A stretch of DNA of 64,000 nucleotides, from the NCBI RefSeq assembly GCF_001194135.2, contig NC_068995.1, positions 13,374,305 through 13,438,304 on the forward strand, read 5' to 3'. The translations under genes were made by a program, and so were the position numbers. This document shows, piece by piece, positions 10,449 through 23,100 of this stretch (position 1 is its first letter; each line of letters starts with the position of its first letter). Origin of the DNA: Octopus bimaculoides. Taxonomy: Eukaryota. The notes beneath the pieces were generated by a model. It made no database searches, was not told where the DNA came from, and saw only the letters and a program-made list of their open reading frames with translations.

Positions 10449-10821
10449 TGTTGTTGGCACTCCGTCGCTTACGACGTCGAGGGTTCCAATTGATCCGATC
10501 AACGGAACAGCCTGCTCGTGAAATTAACGTGCAAGTGGCTGAGCACTCCACAGACAGGTGTACCCTTAACGTAGTTCTCGGGGATATTCAGCGTGACACA
10601 GTGTGACAAGGCTGACCCTTTGAATTACAGGCACAACAGAAACAGGAAGTAAGAGTTCCTGTTCGCCACCAGCAGGGTTCGCCACCATACCCTGCCGAAG
10701 CCTCGTGGAGCTTTAGGTGTTTTCGCTCAATAAACACTCACAACACCCAGTCTGGGAATCGGAACCGCGATCCTATGACCGCGAGTCCGCTGCCCTAACC
10801 ACTGGGCCATTGCGCCTCCAC
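10449..10821 (-). mobile_element. SINE family B, full length
   Basis: 12-bp TSD tgtcttgaatgt (10437-10448, 10822-10833); tRNA-like head ggaggcgcaatggcccagtggttagggc on the minus strand. Confidence 0.92.
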
Positions 10822-11534
10822 TGTCTTGAATGTAACTACTGTGAAACTCTCAAATATTGTTGTTATTGTTGAGTATGGCTTGGAAAAGGAACAGCCTTTT
10901 GCAGGATTTCCGAGATTGGTGTAAGAAAGAGAGAAAGATCTTAAATTTTCTCAACCAGAAACATGAATGAAATGCTTACAACGTAGTGTAACTGTACTTA
11001 AAACACCCAAGAGTCATTCAGATAGTGGTGTTAAACTAGGATTAAGTCTAGCAACACGTTTCATGTGCTAACTCTCATATTTCACCAATTTGGACACTGT
11101 TAACACATCAGTTGATAAAATCAAATGGCCTTAACTGGCTGTAAACATTGAAATCTTTATCTATAGAACCTATCATTTCCTTTTAGTAAAGATTGATCGA
11201 CAGTAAAAGCAGCTAAGGAAGAAAAAGAAAAACGGAAATCAAAATAAAAGCTAGATTTTTATTTAGACTCTTATTTTTGATTTCCCAGTTGTATTCTGAT
11301 AACTTTCTTAGCATATATTGTTTTATTTCACTTTATTTTTATTAAGAAAGTAAACTCATTTAGAAAAGAGATTTGTTTTAAAGGGTCTCTCAATCTACTA
11401 CAAGAACAATATATACATAATCTTAAAGAAACAAATGAGGCATAATTTATCTTGGACTACATTATCCTATGTTTATAAAATATATGAAGATGGGAGGACT
11501 CACCTACACTATACAAATCGAAGTCTCATATGTC

Positions 11535-11952
11535 TCTTTTATTCTTTTACTTGTTTCAGTCATTTGACTGTGGCCATGCTGGAGCACCGCCTTTAGTCGA
11601 GCAAATCAACCCCAGGACTTATTCTTTGTAAGCTTAGTACTTATTCTATCGGTCTCTTTTTTGCTGAACTGCTAAGTTACGGGGACATAAACACACCAGC
11701 ATCAGTTGTCAAGCAATGTCGGGGGGGGGGGGACAAATACAGACACACAAACATATACACACACATACATATATATATATACATATATACGACGGGCTTC
11801 TTTCAGTTTCTGTCTGCCAAATCCACTCACAAGGCTTTGGTCAGCCCGAGGCTATAGTAGAAGACATTTGCCCAAGGTGCCACGCAGTGGGACTGAACCT
11901 GGAACCATGTGGTTCGTAAGCAAGCTACTTAGCACACAGCCACTCCTACGTC
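11535..11952 (-). mobile_element. SINE family A, full length
   Basis: Reverse complement of the 9536-9936 structure. Confidence 0.9.
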
Positions 11953-13164
11953 TAGACATTTCTGTATAGAAAGCTGTTGTTGTTTAACCCCAGGTTAACT
12001 CTGGCTGAACAGAACTATGATCATATGCAGTCCAAATAGGATTACTTCATCTCTTTATATGTTTAAACCTACATTAGCCATTTTTTTTTTTTTTTNNNNN
12101 NNNNNTTTTTTTTTTTTTCTTAAAAAAAAAAGATAGTAGGAATGTGATTTGAGGAAGATTAGGCTGTTGCTTCTGGAAGATCAAGCAACCATGGTGTAGA
12201 GGCTCCCTAGCTGACATGGATAATCATTGGTGTGATGTGTGTGTGTGTGTGTGTGTGTGTGTATAGATGTGCATGTGTTTGTAGTTTGTGCATGTGTAAA
12301 TGTAATGAAAGTATGTGGTGAAAAATTTAGTGAATCTAGCACAGAGCAACAGTATCACGGTTGCCATGCACTTTAGATTCTCTGTGTACTCTTGGGATGT
12401 AAAACTGTTTTGCATCTGATGTATCTCTGCCTTTACTCTCACGAACTTAATATATGTGTGTGTGTGTGTGTCATTATCCTTTTTTTTTCTTCATAGCTCA
12501 GTTTTAGATACACAGGGAGAGGGAGAGGACCCATGTGTGTGTGTGAATAGCAAAATATGTGTTGTTGACAGTAATACAGGGCATTACAAGTAGATTATAT
12601 TAGCTGTGACAGCATTGTGCTCCAGCTGGTCTGTGTCCTGTTCATTTGTCATCATAGCCCACGGTTGAATGATGATCTGAAGCTTTAAGTGTAATGTTTT
12701 TAACCCATTGCTGGTTGACAGATTAAACCAACCACCATGTACTTCACTGGTAAACTATTTTAGCAATTGTGGAAGAACAAAGGGCATAGTTGACCTTGAT
12801 GGACTTAACTCAGAACAAAATAGAATAAATTTCATTAGGCATTTTGTCTAACATGTTAACGATACACACACACACACACACACACGATTTCATTTTTAAT
12901 AAAAGCCCTATCACGCATCAACATTTCATGTCTCTCAAATTACTCAGAAGTCAGATTCTGTTTTTATCATGTGTTGAGTTCTATTTTGCATAAAAGACCA
13001 GAATTTTCAACTTGAATCAAGTATAACAAAGTCATCCAAATTGTTTTTAGAGTATCCTCATAAATGGAATCTAGACCAGCTAGTTTGTATTGGCATCAAG
13101 TCATGTTTTGAAATGCTTTGACTGAGAAAGGTTTGCATAATAGATTCATTTCCTATTATCATCA

Positions 13165-13302
13165 TCATCATCGTCGTCGTCGTTTAACATCTGCTTTCCA
13201 TGCTAGCATGGGTTGGACAATTTGACTGAGGACTGGTGGACCAGGAGGCGACACCAGGCTCCAATTTGATTTGGCAGAGTTTCTACAGCTGGATGCCCTT
13301 CC
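13165..13302 (-). mobile_element. RTE LINE 3' end (family C), runs into gap
   Basis: (cat)n tail, ccatgctagcatgg, tttctacagctggatgccctt. Confidence 0.75.
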
Positions 13303-14359
13303 NNNNNNNNNNNNNNNNNNNNNNNNNNNNNNNNNNNNNNNNNNNNNNNNNNNNNNNNNNNNNNNNNNNNNNNNNNNNNNNNNNNNNNNNNNNNNNNNNN
13401 NNNNNNNNNNNNNNNNNNNNNNNNNNNNNNNNNNNNNNNNNNNNNNNNNNNNNNNNNNNNNNNNNNNNNNNNNNNNNNNNNNNNNNNNNNNNNNNNNNNN
13501 NNNNNNNNNNNNNNNNNNNNNNNNNNNNNNNNNNNNNNNNNNNNNNNNNNNNNNNNNNNNNNNNNNNNNNNNNNNNNNNNNNNNNNNNNNNNNNNNNNNN
13601 NNNNNNNNNNNNNNNNNNNNNNNNNNNNNNNNNNNNNNNNNNNNNNNNNNNNNNNNNNNNNNNNNNNNNNNNNNNNNNNNNNNNNNNNNNNNNNNNNNNN
13701 NNNNNNNNNNNNNNNNNNNNNNNNNNNNNNNNNNNNNNNNNNNNNNNNNNNNNNNNNNNNNNNNNNNNNNNNNNNNNNNNNNNNNNNNNNNNNNNNNNNN
13801 NNNNNNNNNNNNNNNNNNNNNNNNNNNNNNNNNNNNNNNNNNNNNNNNNNNNNNNNNNNNNNNNNNNNNNNNNNNNNNNNNNNNNNNNNNNNNNNNNNNN
13901 NNNNNNNNNNNNNNNNNNNNNNNNNNNNNNNNNNNNNNNNNNNNNNNNNNNNNNNNNNNNNNNNNNNNNNNNNNNNNNNNNNNNNNNNNNNNNNNNNNNN
14001 NNNNNNNNNNNNNNNNNNNNNNNGCAACATTATTCAGTCAGTCATGGTGGGGATCATTCCTGGCAACACAGGGGGGGACTGAATTCCAGCTTCTGTATCA
14101 GTGCAGCTCCTGGTATTAATTATATTTGGAGATTTGGGTTTTAGTTTTCTAGCATTGTGTAATAGATTGGGGTAGTTGCTTAGGATTTTGCTTTCTTATG
14201 AAAGCAGAATGATAGTTTCTAAGTTCAGGGATTGTCAATAATTTTAGAGCCTTTCTCTTAAGGATTTCATAGGGTGGGGATGGATCTATATCTGGCACTC
14301 TGTCAGTTATAACAATGAGGGTTCCAGTTGATTCAGTCAATGAAACACAACTCCTTATT

Positions 14360-14624
14360 TTCTTTTTAAGCCTGGTACTTTTTCTATCAGTCTCTTTAGC
14401 TGAACAAATAAGTTGTGGGGACGTAAATACACCAACACCAGTTGTCAAGCAGTGGTGTGAGACAAACACAAATACACTCACAGACACATATATATACGAC
14501 AGGCTTCTTTCAGTTTCCATCTACCTAATCCATTGCTGACAAGAATTTGAACAGCCTAAGGTGCTGCATAGTGGGACTGAACCTGGCACCATGTGGTTGG
14601 GAAGCAAGCTTCTTACCACACAGC
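14360..14624 (-). mobile_element. SINE family A, diverged and internally deleted
   Basis: Matches family A minus-strand motifs (gacaggcttctttcagtttcc, gggactgaacc..accatgtggttggg). Confidence 0.7.
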
Positions 14625-14791
14625 ATGTCCATAAGAAATATTATCTCTGGATAATTACCACAGTAAATTGCTTTTCAATGATGTATATACATAGAATGTG
14701 GTACATAGATGACTATTTTAATTTAATATTCTTTTTCATATAACAGGGTTTTTTTTATAAGTTGAAATTTAAAAAAAAATAAACGTATATA

Positions 14792-15177
14792 GGTGCAGGA
14801 GTGGCTGCGTGGTAAGTAGCTTGCTTACCAACCACATGGTTCCAGGTTCAGTCCCACTGTGTGGCATCTTGGGCAAGTGTCTTCTAGTATAGCCTCGGGC
14901 CGACCAAAGCCCTGTGAGTGGATTTGGTAGACAGAAACTGAAAGAAGCCTGTCATATATATGTATATATATATATGTGTTTGTCCCCCTAGCATTGCTTG
15001 ACAACCAATGCTGGTGTGTTTATGTCCCCCGTCACTTAGCGGTTCGGCAGAAGAGACCAATAGAATAAGTACTATGCTTACAAAGAATAAGTCCCGGAGT
15101 CGATTTGCTCGACTAAAGGCGGTGCTCCAGCATGGTCGCAGTCAAATGATTGAAACAAGTAAAAGAGTAAAAGAGTA
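14792..15177 (+). mobile_element. SINE family A, full length
   Basis: Full head-CORE-microsatellite-tail structure. Confidence 0.9.
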
Positions 15178-15813
15178 CAATTTTAATTACAATGGAAAAA
15201 TTAAACAGTACACACTATTTGTTCATATAGGCAATAAACGACAAGGTCTTCTTAGATGTTCATCAGTGACAAAGCAGCCAAATTCTGTGGAGAATTTAAT
15301 AGCTAAGAGCTATACAGTGTTTATGAACTGAAAGTCAGCTAAACAACTCTGTCGTATTTATCTCAGTGCTTGTACTGATAAGGTGGGTTGATCTATTGAT
15401 TTATAATGCACTACACAATAAATTAACTGAAAAATATGTATAATCCTAGTTAATACTATTGTGTTAGATGAAGAAATTCCTCGTCTTCCCAAAGGACTGT
15501 AGAAGCTGTACACAGCTAGTAAACACCAGGGTATACACTGATTTAGTTATATTTGTTACATCTTTTGCCTATATCAGAAACAGTTTATGAATTCAAAACC
15601 CATGAAGGTCAGCTTTGCCTTTCATATTTTCAGGGTCAATAAAATAAAGTGCTGGTCAAGTACAGGGTTTGAGGTAATCAACTAACCCCTCAAAATTTGC
15701 TGACTTGGTGCCTAAATCATCATCATCATTATTATTATTATTATTATTCTTATTATAAACTTCCTCCTCCTCCGCCTTCCTCTTCATCATCATAGTTCTT
15801 TTTTTTTTTTACT

Positions 15814-16050
15814 TTAAACTTTCATTACCATATTTCAGTTGAAATACATTACTTTTATTTCAATTAATTCTCAAAATAATGAAGAATTTAGTGGCTGTGT
15901 GGTAAGTAGCTTGCTTACGAACCACATGGTTCCAGGTTTAGTCCCACTGCGTGGCATCTTGGGCAAGTGTCTTCTACTATAGCCTCGGGCCGACCAAACC
16001 CTTGTGAGTGGATTTGGTAGACGGAAACTGAAAGAAGCCCATCGTATATA

Positions 16051-16104
<54 letters not shown>

Positions 16105-16661
16105 CATGTTTGTGTCTGTGTTTGTCCCCCCCAACATCGCTTGACAACCAATGCTGGTGTGTTTACGTCCCCGTAACCTAGCGGTTCGGCAAAAGAGCCC
16201 GATAGAATAAGTACTAGGCTTACAAAGAATAAGTCCTGGGATCGATGTGCTTGACTAAAGGCGGTGCTCCAGCATGGCCACAGTCAAATGACTGAAACAA
16301 ATAAAAGAGTTATTAACCTTTTAGCATTCAGATTACTCTGTCAGAGTTAATACTTATTAATTTGCATCGTTTTGAATTAATTATGCATTATCTTGTAACT
16401 TTGAGATTTCAATGATGTGATTGTAGATTTTTAGAATTACATTGTAGGAAAGGTGTAAGAGGCCACATTTTGACAGTTTAAACATACAACGGGTAGAATG
16501 TTTGGGCTGGATTTTGCCAGTTTAAAATGCTAAAGGATTAAGCTGGTGTTTAGAAACATAGATTCACATAGATTTTCATTGAAGGTTTTAATTTAAATCA
16601 CTTTGAAACAAGAAGTTTGTACCATAGAGTTAAATCTCAGGTGTGATGGTATCAAAAGGAC
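15814..16661. mobile_element. piggyBac-like MITE (family F) split by a family A SINE (15889-16311) and a family G MITE (16313-16541)
   Basis: Left end ttaa-actttcattacc, right end ggtatcaaaagga. The internal segments match the uninterrupted copy at 18267-18497. Confidence 0.7.
16313..16541. mobile_element. piggyBac-like MITE family G
   Basis: TTAA at both ends; TIR ccttttagcatt / aatgctaaagga. Homologous copies at 51381-51590, 60773-60971 and a partial at 28247-28450. Confidence 0.75.
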
Positions 16662-16825
16662 TGAAGTCTGTTTTTCTCCATGCTAACATGGAGGGGTCAA
16701 CAATAAAGCCTGTGTCAGTCTTGTGTCATTTTGTCAGGCTGGCCCAACACCCTGAGATGTAACTTCAGCCCTTTTTCCTAGATTTTTCTTGGTCTTTCTT
16801 TATCATAGCTATTATTGTTTATAGC

Positions 16826-17211
16826 GGAGGCGCAATGGCCCAGTGGTTAGGGCAACGGACTCGCGGTCATAGGATTGCGGTTTCGATTCCCGGACCGGGC
16901 GTTGTGAGTGTTTATTGAGCGAAAACACCTAAAGCTCCACCAGGCTCTGGCAGGGGATGGTGGCGAACCCTGCTGTACTCTTTCATCACAACTTTCTCTC
17001 ACTCTTTCTTCCTGTTTCTGTTGTACCTGTATTTCAAAGGGCCAGCCTTGTCACACTGTGTCATGCTGAATATCCCCGAGAACTACGTTAAGGGTACACG
17101 TGTCTGTGGAGTGCTCAGCCACTTTCACGTTAATTTCACGAGCGGGCTGTTCTATTGATCGGATCAACTGGAACCCTCGACGTCGTAAGCAACGGAGTGC
17201 CAACAACAACA
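16826..17211 (+). mobile_element. SINE family B, full length
   Basis: 13-bp TSD tattgtttatagc (16813-16825, 17212-17224); A box tggcccagtgg, B box ggtttcgattccc; (caa)n tail. Confidence 0.92.
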
Positions 17212-17985
17212 TATTGTTTATAGCACATTTTTTTACCCTATGCTCTTTGTCATTTAACAATGTAGTCAGCTCTTCTACACACATCAGTTGACGCTTATAA
17301 AGCACAGTTGCTTTCATATTTTCTTTGTGATGCAAAATAAAGAAAAAAGAGAATTAAGCAATTTGGAGAAAATTTAGTGGGTTTTTGTATGTGTGTGTGT
17401 GTGTGTGTGTGTGAGTGAGAGAGAGAGAGACACAGACAGACAGAGACAGACAGACAGAGAGAAATCTGAATTTGATAGTTTTCTTGACACTTCATGGTAA
17501 GCATCTGATAGATTATATCTCAGTCTCACATTTACATAAAATCTCCCATTTCACAGTTTTGTATCTTTCTCATTTCCAATTATGTCTTTTTCTTGTTGAT
17601 GATAATAGTCACTTGTTTCAGATCTATCCTAGGCAAACTAAACCACTTATGTATAGTCACAACTATTTACATAACCAACATCATAAAGTACAAAACCCCT
17701 TCTCCTATGTTTACCAAAAAAACTGACAGAAGTGATAAGCCAAGTCTAATTGACCTCTTTGTAGTAAAGATGGCACTGCAAACTGAACAGTTTATCATTA
17801 TTAACATCAGAATCAGAATCAACTTCATCTGAGCATCTGTTCTTTATCAACATCTCACTCTTGTTTCATGTTGTTTGCTAAGCTCAATTTTCACTTTGAA
17901 ATTTATTCCACTTAGCTTCAACAGATATTGCCAATTCTCAGTGTTATTTCCACACCTCATGTTCTCTTTATCTGCACGTATCAGC

Positions 17986-18215
17986 TTAACTCTTTCGCTA
18001 CTGTATTTATTTTGAGAAGCTCTCTGTATTTCTTTCAATTACTTTAAATATAACAAAGAATTTAGTAAAATAACTTAGTCATCGTTCAGCTAGTGTTAGG
18101 AACATAAATTGTGACTAAGGTTTGGTGGAAGATTATAATTCAAAACTTAGGAAAACAAGACATTTGTACTCAGAGCCAGAGCCAGTTTCAGCCAGGTTGA
18201 TAACAAAAGGGTTAA
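17986..18215. mobile_element. piggyBac-like MITE, F-related subfamily
   Basis: TTAA-ctctttcg..caaaaggg-TTAA; near-identical copy at 49552-49780. Confidence 0.75.
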
Positions 18216-18266
18216 TACCTCAGACACCAACAACGGAGTGGCTACATGATTAGAGCTGAATATTCC

Positions 18267-18497
18267 TTAACTGTTTTGTTGTCATATTTCTTTTGGAATA
18301 CTCTTTCATTTCTGTTAATTTTGAAAATAATGAAGAATTTGATTAAATAATTTTGCCTTAATTAAGCTGGTGTTTGAAAACATAAATGAACATGAGATTT
18401 TAAATAGGAAGAAGTTTAAATTTGGGTCTCTTCAAACAGGAAGTGTATATTGAAGAACCAGGGTTGGTCTCTGGCAGATTGATATTAAAAGGTTTAA
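18267..18497. mobile_element. piggyBac-like MITE family F, diverged
   Basis: TTAA ends; internal aaaataatgaagaattt..ttaagctggtgttt shared with the other F copies. Confidence 0.65.
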
Positions 18498-18913
18498 ATC
18501 AAAACAAAACATTGTGAAAAAACAAACAAACAAATAAACAAAAAGCCAGACACCTTGAATAATGTACTTCTAAATACATTCTGCTTGAACAAAGACAGGA
18601 TGGTCAAGGCTCAAATCCCTTTCGTATCAGGTTAAACAACAGCAATAACATATATGAATGAAATGGCTTTTACTTTATAACAAGGGAGTGTGTGTATGTG
18701 TTGTTGAGCCAGGTAACCAGCTTTAGGATCAGTGAGTCATAATCTATCCTATTTCAGTTGTGTTGCAGTATGTCTTTAAGATGTTTAACTCCCAAATTTC
18801 TCAATCCACCTAGCTGTAAATAGGTACAGCAGGATAGGAACAGCTTACGGTGTTGAGTTCAATTCAGCTTCTATAAATAAAGTACCAGTCAAGTACCAAG
18901 TTTGATTCCCCCC

Positions 18914-19005
18914 CTTCTCTCTCTCTCTCTCTCTCTCTCTCAAACTCTCTCTCTCTCGCTCTCTCTCAAACTCTCTCTATATCTCTCTCTCTCTCTCTCT
19001 CTTTT

Positions 19006-19089
<84 letters not shown>
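18914..19089. repeat. (CT)n microsatellite
   Basis: About 175 nt of imperfect CT repeat. Confidence 0.95.
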
Positions 19090-19090
<1 letters not shown>

Positions 19091-19816
19091 AGAAATCAGC
19101 TGTGTTCAAACTTGAAGAGGGTTGAGCTTGGCCAAGTTTAAAATATCATGGCACACTTATGTCCTAATGACACTCGTATGATTTCATCTGGACTTGAGAG
19201 CTACACCTGTAATCACACATTACTCCCCATGCCTCAGCTGTTACCACCATTACAACACTTACCACCATGCCATCACTATTCTCAATGTTATCACCATAAT
19301 TACTCATATTCTGCTGTTGCTACCTCGGTATCACTCATATTGCCAACAGTTGTTAATGTTTCCTTTGGACCAGGTAGTCTATTGTTCCCTTGAGCCAGGT
19401 ATATCATTTCATGTTGCTCCTATCTACCTAGCAGAAAATGAATACAAGCTGATTGCTGGTGCAGCCCCTTGCCTTCCTGCTGTCTCATTAATGATATTTT
19501 GCCGGCTCAGGAGCAAGTGGGATGATCCCACATCAAGTCTGCCTATCACTTGACACTGTACAGTTGTCTCTGCTACCAAGGAAGTGTTGACTGCTATTTC
19601 TAATAGGTCAGGTGCCCATATAGAGGCTACAAGCAGAAATAAGCACTGAACACCCTTGTGCTGGTGCAATGTAAAAAGCATCCAGTACACTCTGTGAAGT
19701 GGTTGGCTCTAAAATGAGCATCCAGCTGAAGAACCCTTTCCAAAGCAGACATAGAGCTTGGCACAGTCCTTTGGCTTGTCAGCTCCCATCAAACCGTTTC
19801 ACCCATGCTAATATGT

Positions 19817-20070
19817 GGAGGTGCATGGCTTAGTGGTTAGAGTGTTGCACTCACGATCATAAGATTGCGGTTTCAATTCCTGGACCGGGCAACATGTATT
19901 CTTGAACAAAACACTTCATTTCACATTGCTCCACTCCACTCACCTGGCAAAAATGAGTAATCCTGTGATGAGCTGGTGTCTCATCCAGGTGGAGAATTCA
20001 TACGCCATGGAAACTGGAAAACCAGCTCTTATGAGTCAGCATGATTCAAGAAGATAACATTACCTTTTAA
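19817..20070 (+). mobile_element. Older tRNA-headed SINE
   Basis: Head ggaggtgcatggcttagtggttagag..ggtttcaattcc; about 20-bp TSD at 19797-19816 / 20071-20090 (17/20). Confidence 0.65.
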
Positions 20071-20088
20071 TTTTACCCATGCTAGCAT

Positions 20089-20469
20089 GTTGGCACTCCG
20101 TCGCTTACGACGTTGAGGGTTCCAGTTGATCCGATTAACGGAATAGCCTGCTCGTGAAATTAACGTGCAAGTGGCTGAGCACTCCACAGACACGTGTACC
20201 CTTAAGGTAGTTCTCGGGGATATTCGGCGTGACACAAAGTGTGACAAGGCTGACCCTTTGAAATACAGGTACAACAGAAACAGGAAGTAAGAGTGAGAGA
20301 AAGTTGTGGTGAGAGAGTACAGCAGGGTTCGCCACCATCCCCTGCCGGAGCCTCACGGAGCTTTAGGTGTTTTTGCTCAATAAACACCCACAACGCCCGG
20401 TCTGGGAATCGAAACCGCGATCCTATGACCACGAGTCGGCTTCCCTAACCACTGGGCCATTGCACCTCC
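20089..20469 (-). mobile_element. SINE family B, full length
   Basis: 14-bp TSD acccatgctagcat (20075-20088, 20470-20483). Confidence 0.9.
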
Positions 20470-21369
20470 ACCCATGCTAGCATAAAAAGCAAGCATTAAA
20501 TGATGATGCTGGTACATGGCACTAAGTAATATCCACTTGCAAGTGATGGCTATACTAATATTGCTCTATCCTTGTTGTTCTTATATAACTCCTATTATCA
20601 TTTCACTATCATCATTTACCAGTTATTATCCTTATGTCATTACCATTACCATTAACGCCTCTCCTACCATCATCTGCAGCTGGCCTCTTGTTTAGAGATG
20701 TTTGTTTCATTAAGCCGGTACCAAATTTTGAGATGCACTTTGTGTCTGGACTGGAATTAATCTCCTTTCTACATGTACACTAAATCACACACACACACAC
20801 ACTTTCTATTTATCTCTATCTCTCACCCTCTCTTTCTCTCCTCCCCCCACTTCTTACTCATACATACAACACAAACACACACGCACATATACACATACAT
20901 ATGCTCTTATTATTGAAGTTTCAATCATCTTATTTTGTGTATTGACCAAAGATTAGCAAGATTATCTCATTAGCTTTGACCTTTCCCTCTTTGAATTATC
21001 TGCTCCAATTGTAAAGGATTGGAATTAAGCCATCACTATAATTATTAATTGTTATTAGTGGCTCGGTTTACCTAACTGTCTATCCATCCATCTAAGCTAA
21101 TGTCATCATAATTATGATTACCTGCTCCAATTAATAATTAATATGGTATTACAGTAACTTATTGTGTTGTTTTGCTTTGAAGTAGTTAGCCCTTGATGAA
21201 TCAAATGAGATAAACTATATATAAAACCCAAGACCAACTTTGCTTTGCAACCATGTGGCTTGGGATTTAGTTTCAATGTGTGTGGCACCATAGGCAAGTG
21301 TTTTCAACCTGCCTTATGAGTGAATTTGCAAGATGGGAACTGCGAGGAAACCTGTCACGTACGTGTATA

Positions 21370-21416
<47 letters not shown>

Positions 21417-22454
21417 NNNNNNNNNNNNNNNNNNNNNNNNNNNNNNNNNNNNNNNNNNNNNNNNNNNNNNNNNNNNNNNNNNNNNNNNNNNNNNNNNNNN
21501 NNNNNNNNNNNNNNNNNNNNNNNNNNNNNNNNNNNNNNNNNNNNNNNNNNNNNNNNNNNNNNNNNNNNNNNNNNNNNNNNNNNNNNNNNNNNNNNNNNNN
21601 NNNNNNNNNNNNNNNNNNNNNNNNNNNNNNNNNNNNNNNNNNNNNNNNNNNNNNNNNNNNNNNNNNNNNNNNNNNNNNNNNNNNNNNNNNNNNNNNNNNN
21701 NNNNNNNNNNNNNNNNNNNNNNNNNNNNNNNNNNNNNNNNNNNNNNNNNNNNNNNNNNNNNNNNNNNNNNNNNNNNNNNNNNNNNNNNNNNNNNNNNNNN
21801 NNNNNNNNNNNNNNNNNNNNNNTATATATATATATATATATAATATATAGTGAATCCAAACAAAGAAGAACAAACATGAAGAAACAACAATGCAAGGACG
21901 TGGTACAATATCTTTCACTTTCAATATCCTTCAACCTCTCAAGCAGCAGTTTGGATGTTGTACCAAGTGCACCAAGTTACCTATTATTAGTAGTATATAT
22001 GCAATATGGTTTAAGTCCTGATAATATTATGTTGCCTGGTTAATATGAGTCAGGATGAATAACATTGGGAAAATACAAAAAACAGGTTAAAGTTGACAGC
22101 ACTGCAACATTTATTCTGATGTTAAATGAAATACATCAACTGGCATAACAACAAAACGTTTCTCAAAGTTGAAGATAAATGGTAGAACAAATGCAAAACA
22201 GCATCAAAGATTCTGGTTACAAAATCCACCTCCCTAAGGAATTAGCTGGAACAAAGGGTCCATTAAATATCTGTTATTGGGATGCTTAGCTAGTCTGTCA
22301 CATTAAGGGGTGAGCAGTCCGCATAAAGCTAAATGGACTTGACCATCACGTGATGGGCCAAAATGGGTATCTAAAAGTAAAGAGGCGCAATGTGGATAGC
22401 TAAAAGTAAAGAGTGAGCATGCTTCTGCTACAGTATTATTAAGGTGGTGAGTTA

Positions 22455-23100
22455 ACAGAATTATTAACATGTTGGACAAAATGTTTAATGGCATTTTTTT
22501 CCAGCTCTTTACATTCTGAGTTCAAATGCCACCAAGGTCGGGTTCAATGAAATGAATACCATTTCACCCCTGGGATCAATATAATTGACTAGCCCCGGTC
22601 TCTGAAAATTTGAGGCTTTGTTCATATGGTATTTCTTCTGAGTTCAAATCCTGCTGAGAACTATCATTATCATCGAGGTTAGTCAATTGTGAGTCATTAC
22701 TGTTGGACCAAATGTCTTGTAGCAGTTAGTTATACCACTTTACGTTCTAAATTCAAATCATGCCAAATTCATCTTTGCTTTTCATCCATCTGAGGTTGAT
22801 AAAATAAAGCACCAGTGAAGTTGATCCAACCAATGGCACTTCCTAAATGTCTGGCCTTCTGCCTATGCAAAGAAATTAGGATGTTGGATTAGAATCAATA
22901 ATTTATCAGATAAAATGCCTTGTGAGATTTTTTTTTTTTTTTTTTGGCTCTATATATTCTGAGATCAAATCCGGCTTAAGTCAACTTCAATTTCCATTCC
23001 TCCACATTTGATAAAATAAAATATTAGTCAAGTTCTAAGGTCATTGGCATCATCTAACCTCTTTCCCCTCAAAATTCCTGGCCTTATACCTAAATAAGAA
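22455..23100 (+). mobile_element. Tandem cluster of diverged family D SINEs
   Basis: Four tctgagttcaaat-like B-box motifs near 22517, 22638, 22747 and 22958; a fifth copy at about 23720-23910. Confidence 0.6.

Noticed and set aside
13203-14144. Long ORFs spanning N runs (also near 21.3, 27.3, 36.6, 42.5, 45.5, 53.2 and 55.4 kb)
   Set aside because: Open only because N codons contain no stops.
16826-16900. tRNA genes at SINE heads
   Set aside because: A and B boxes are present but there is no complete cloverleaf, and each head continues into a SINE body with TSDs.
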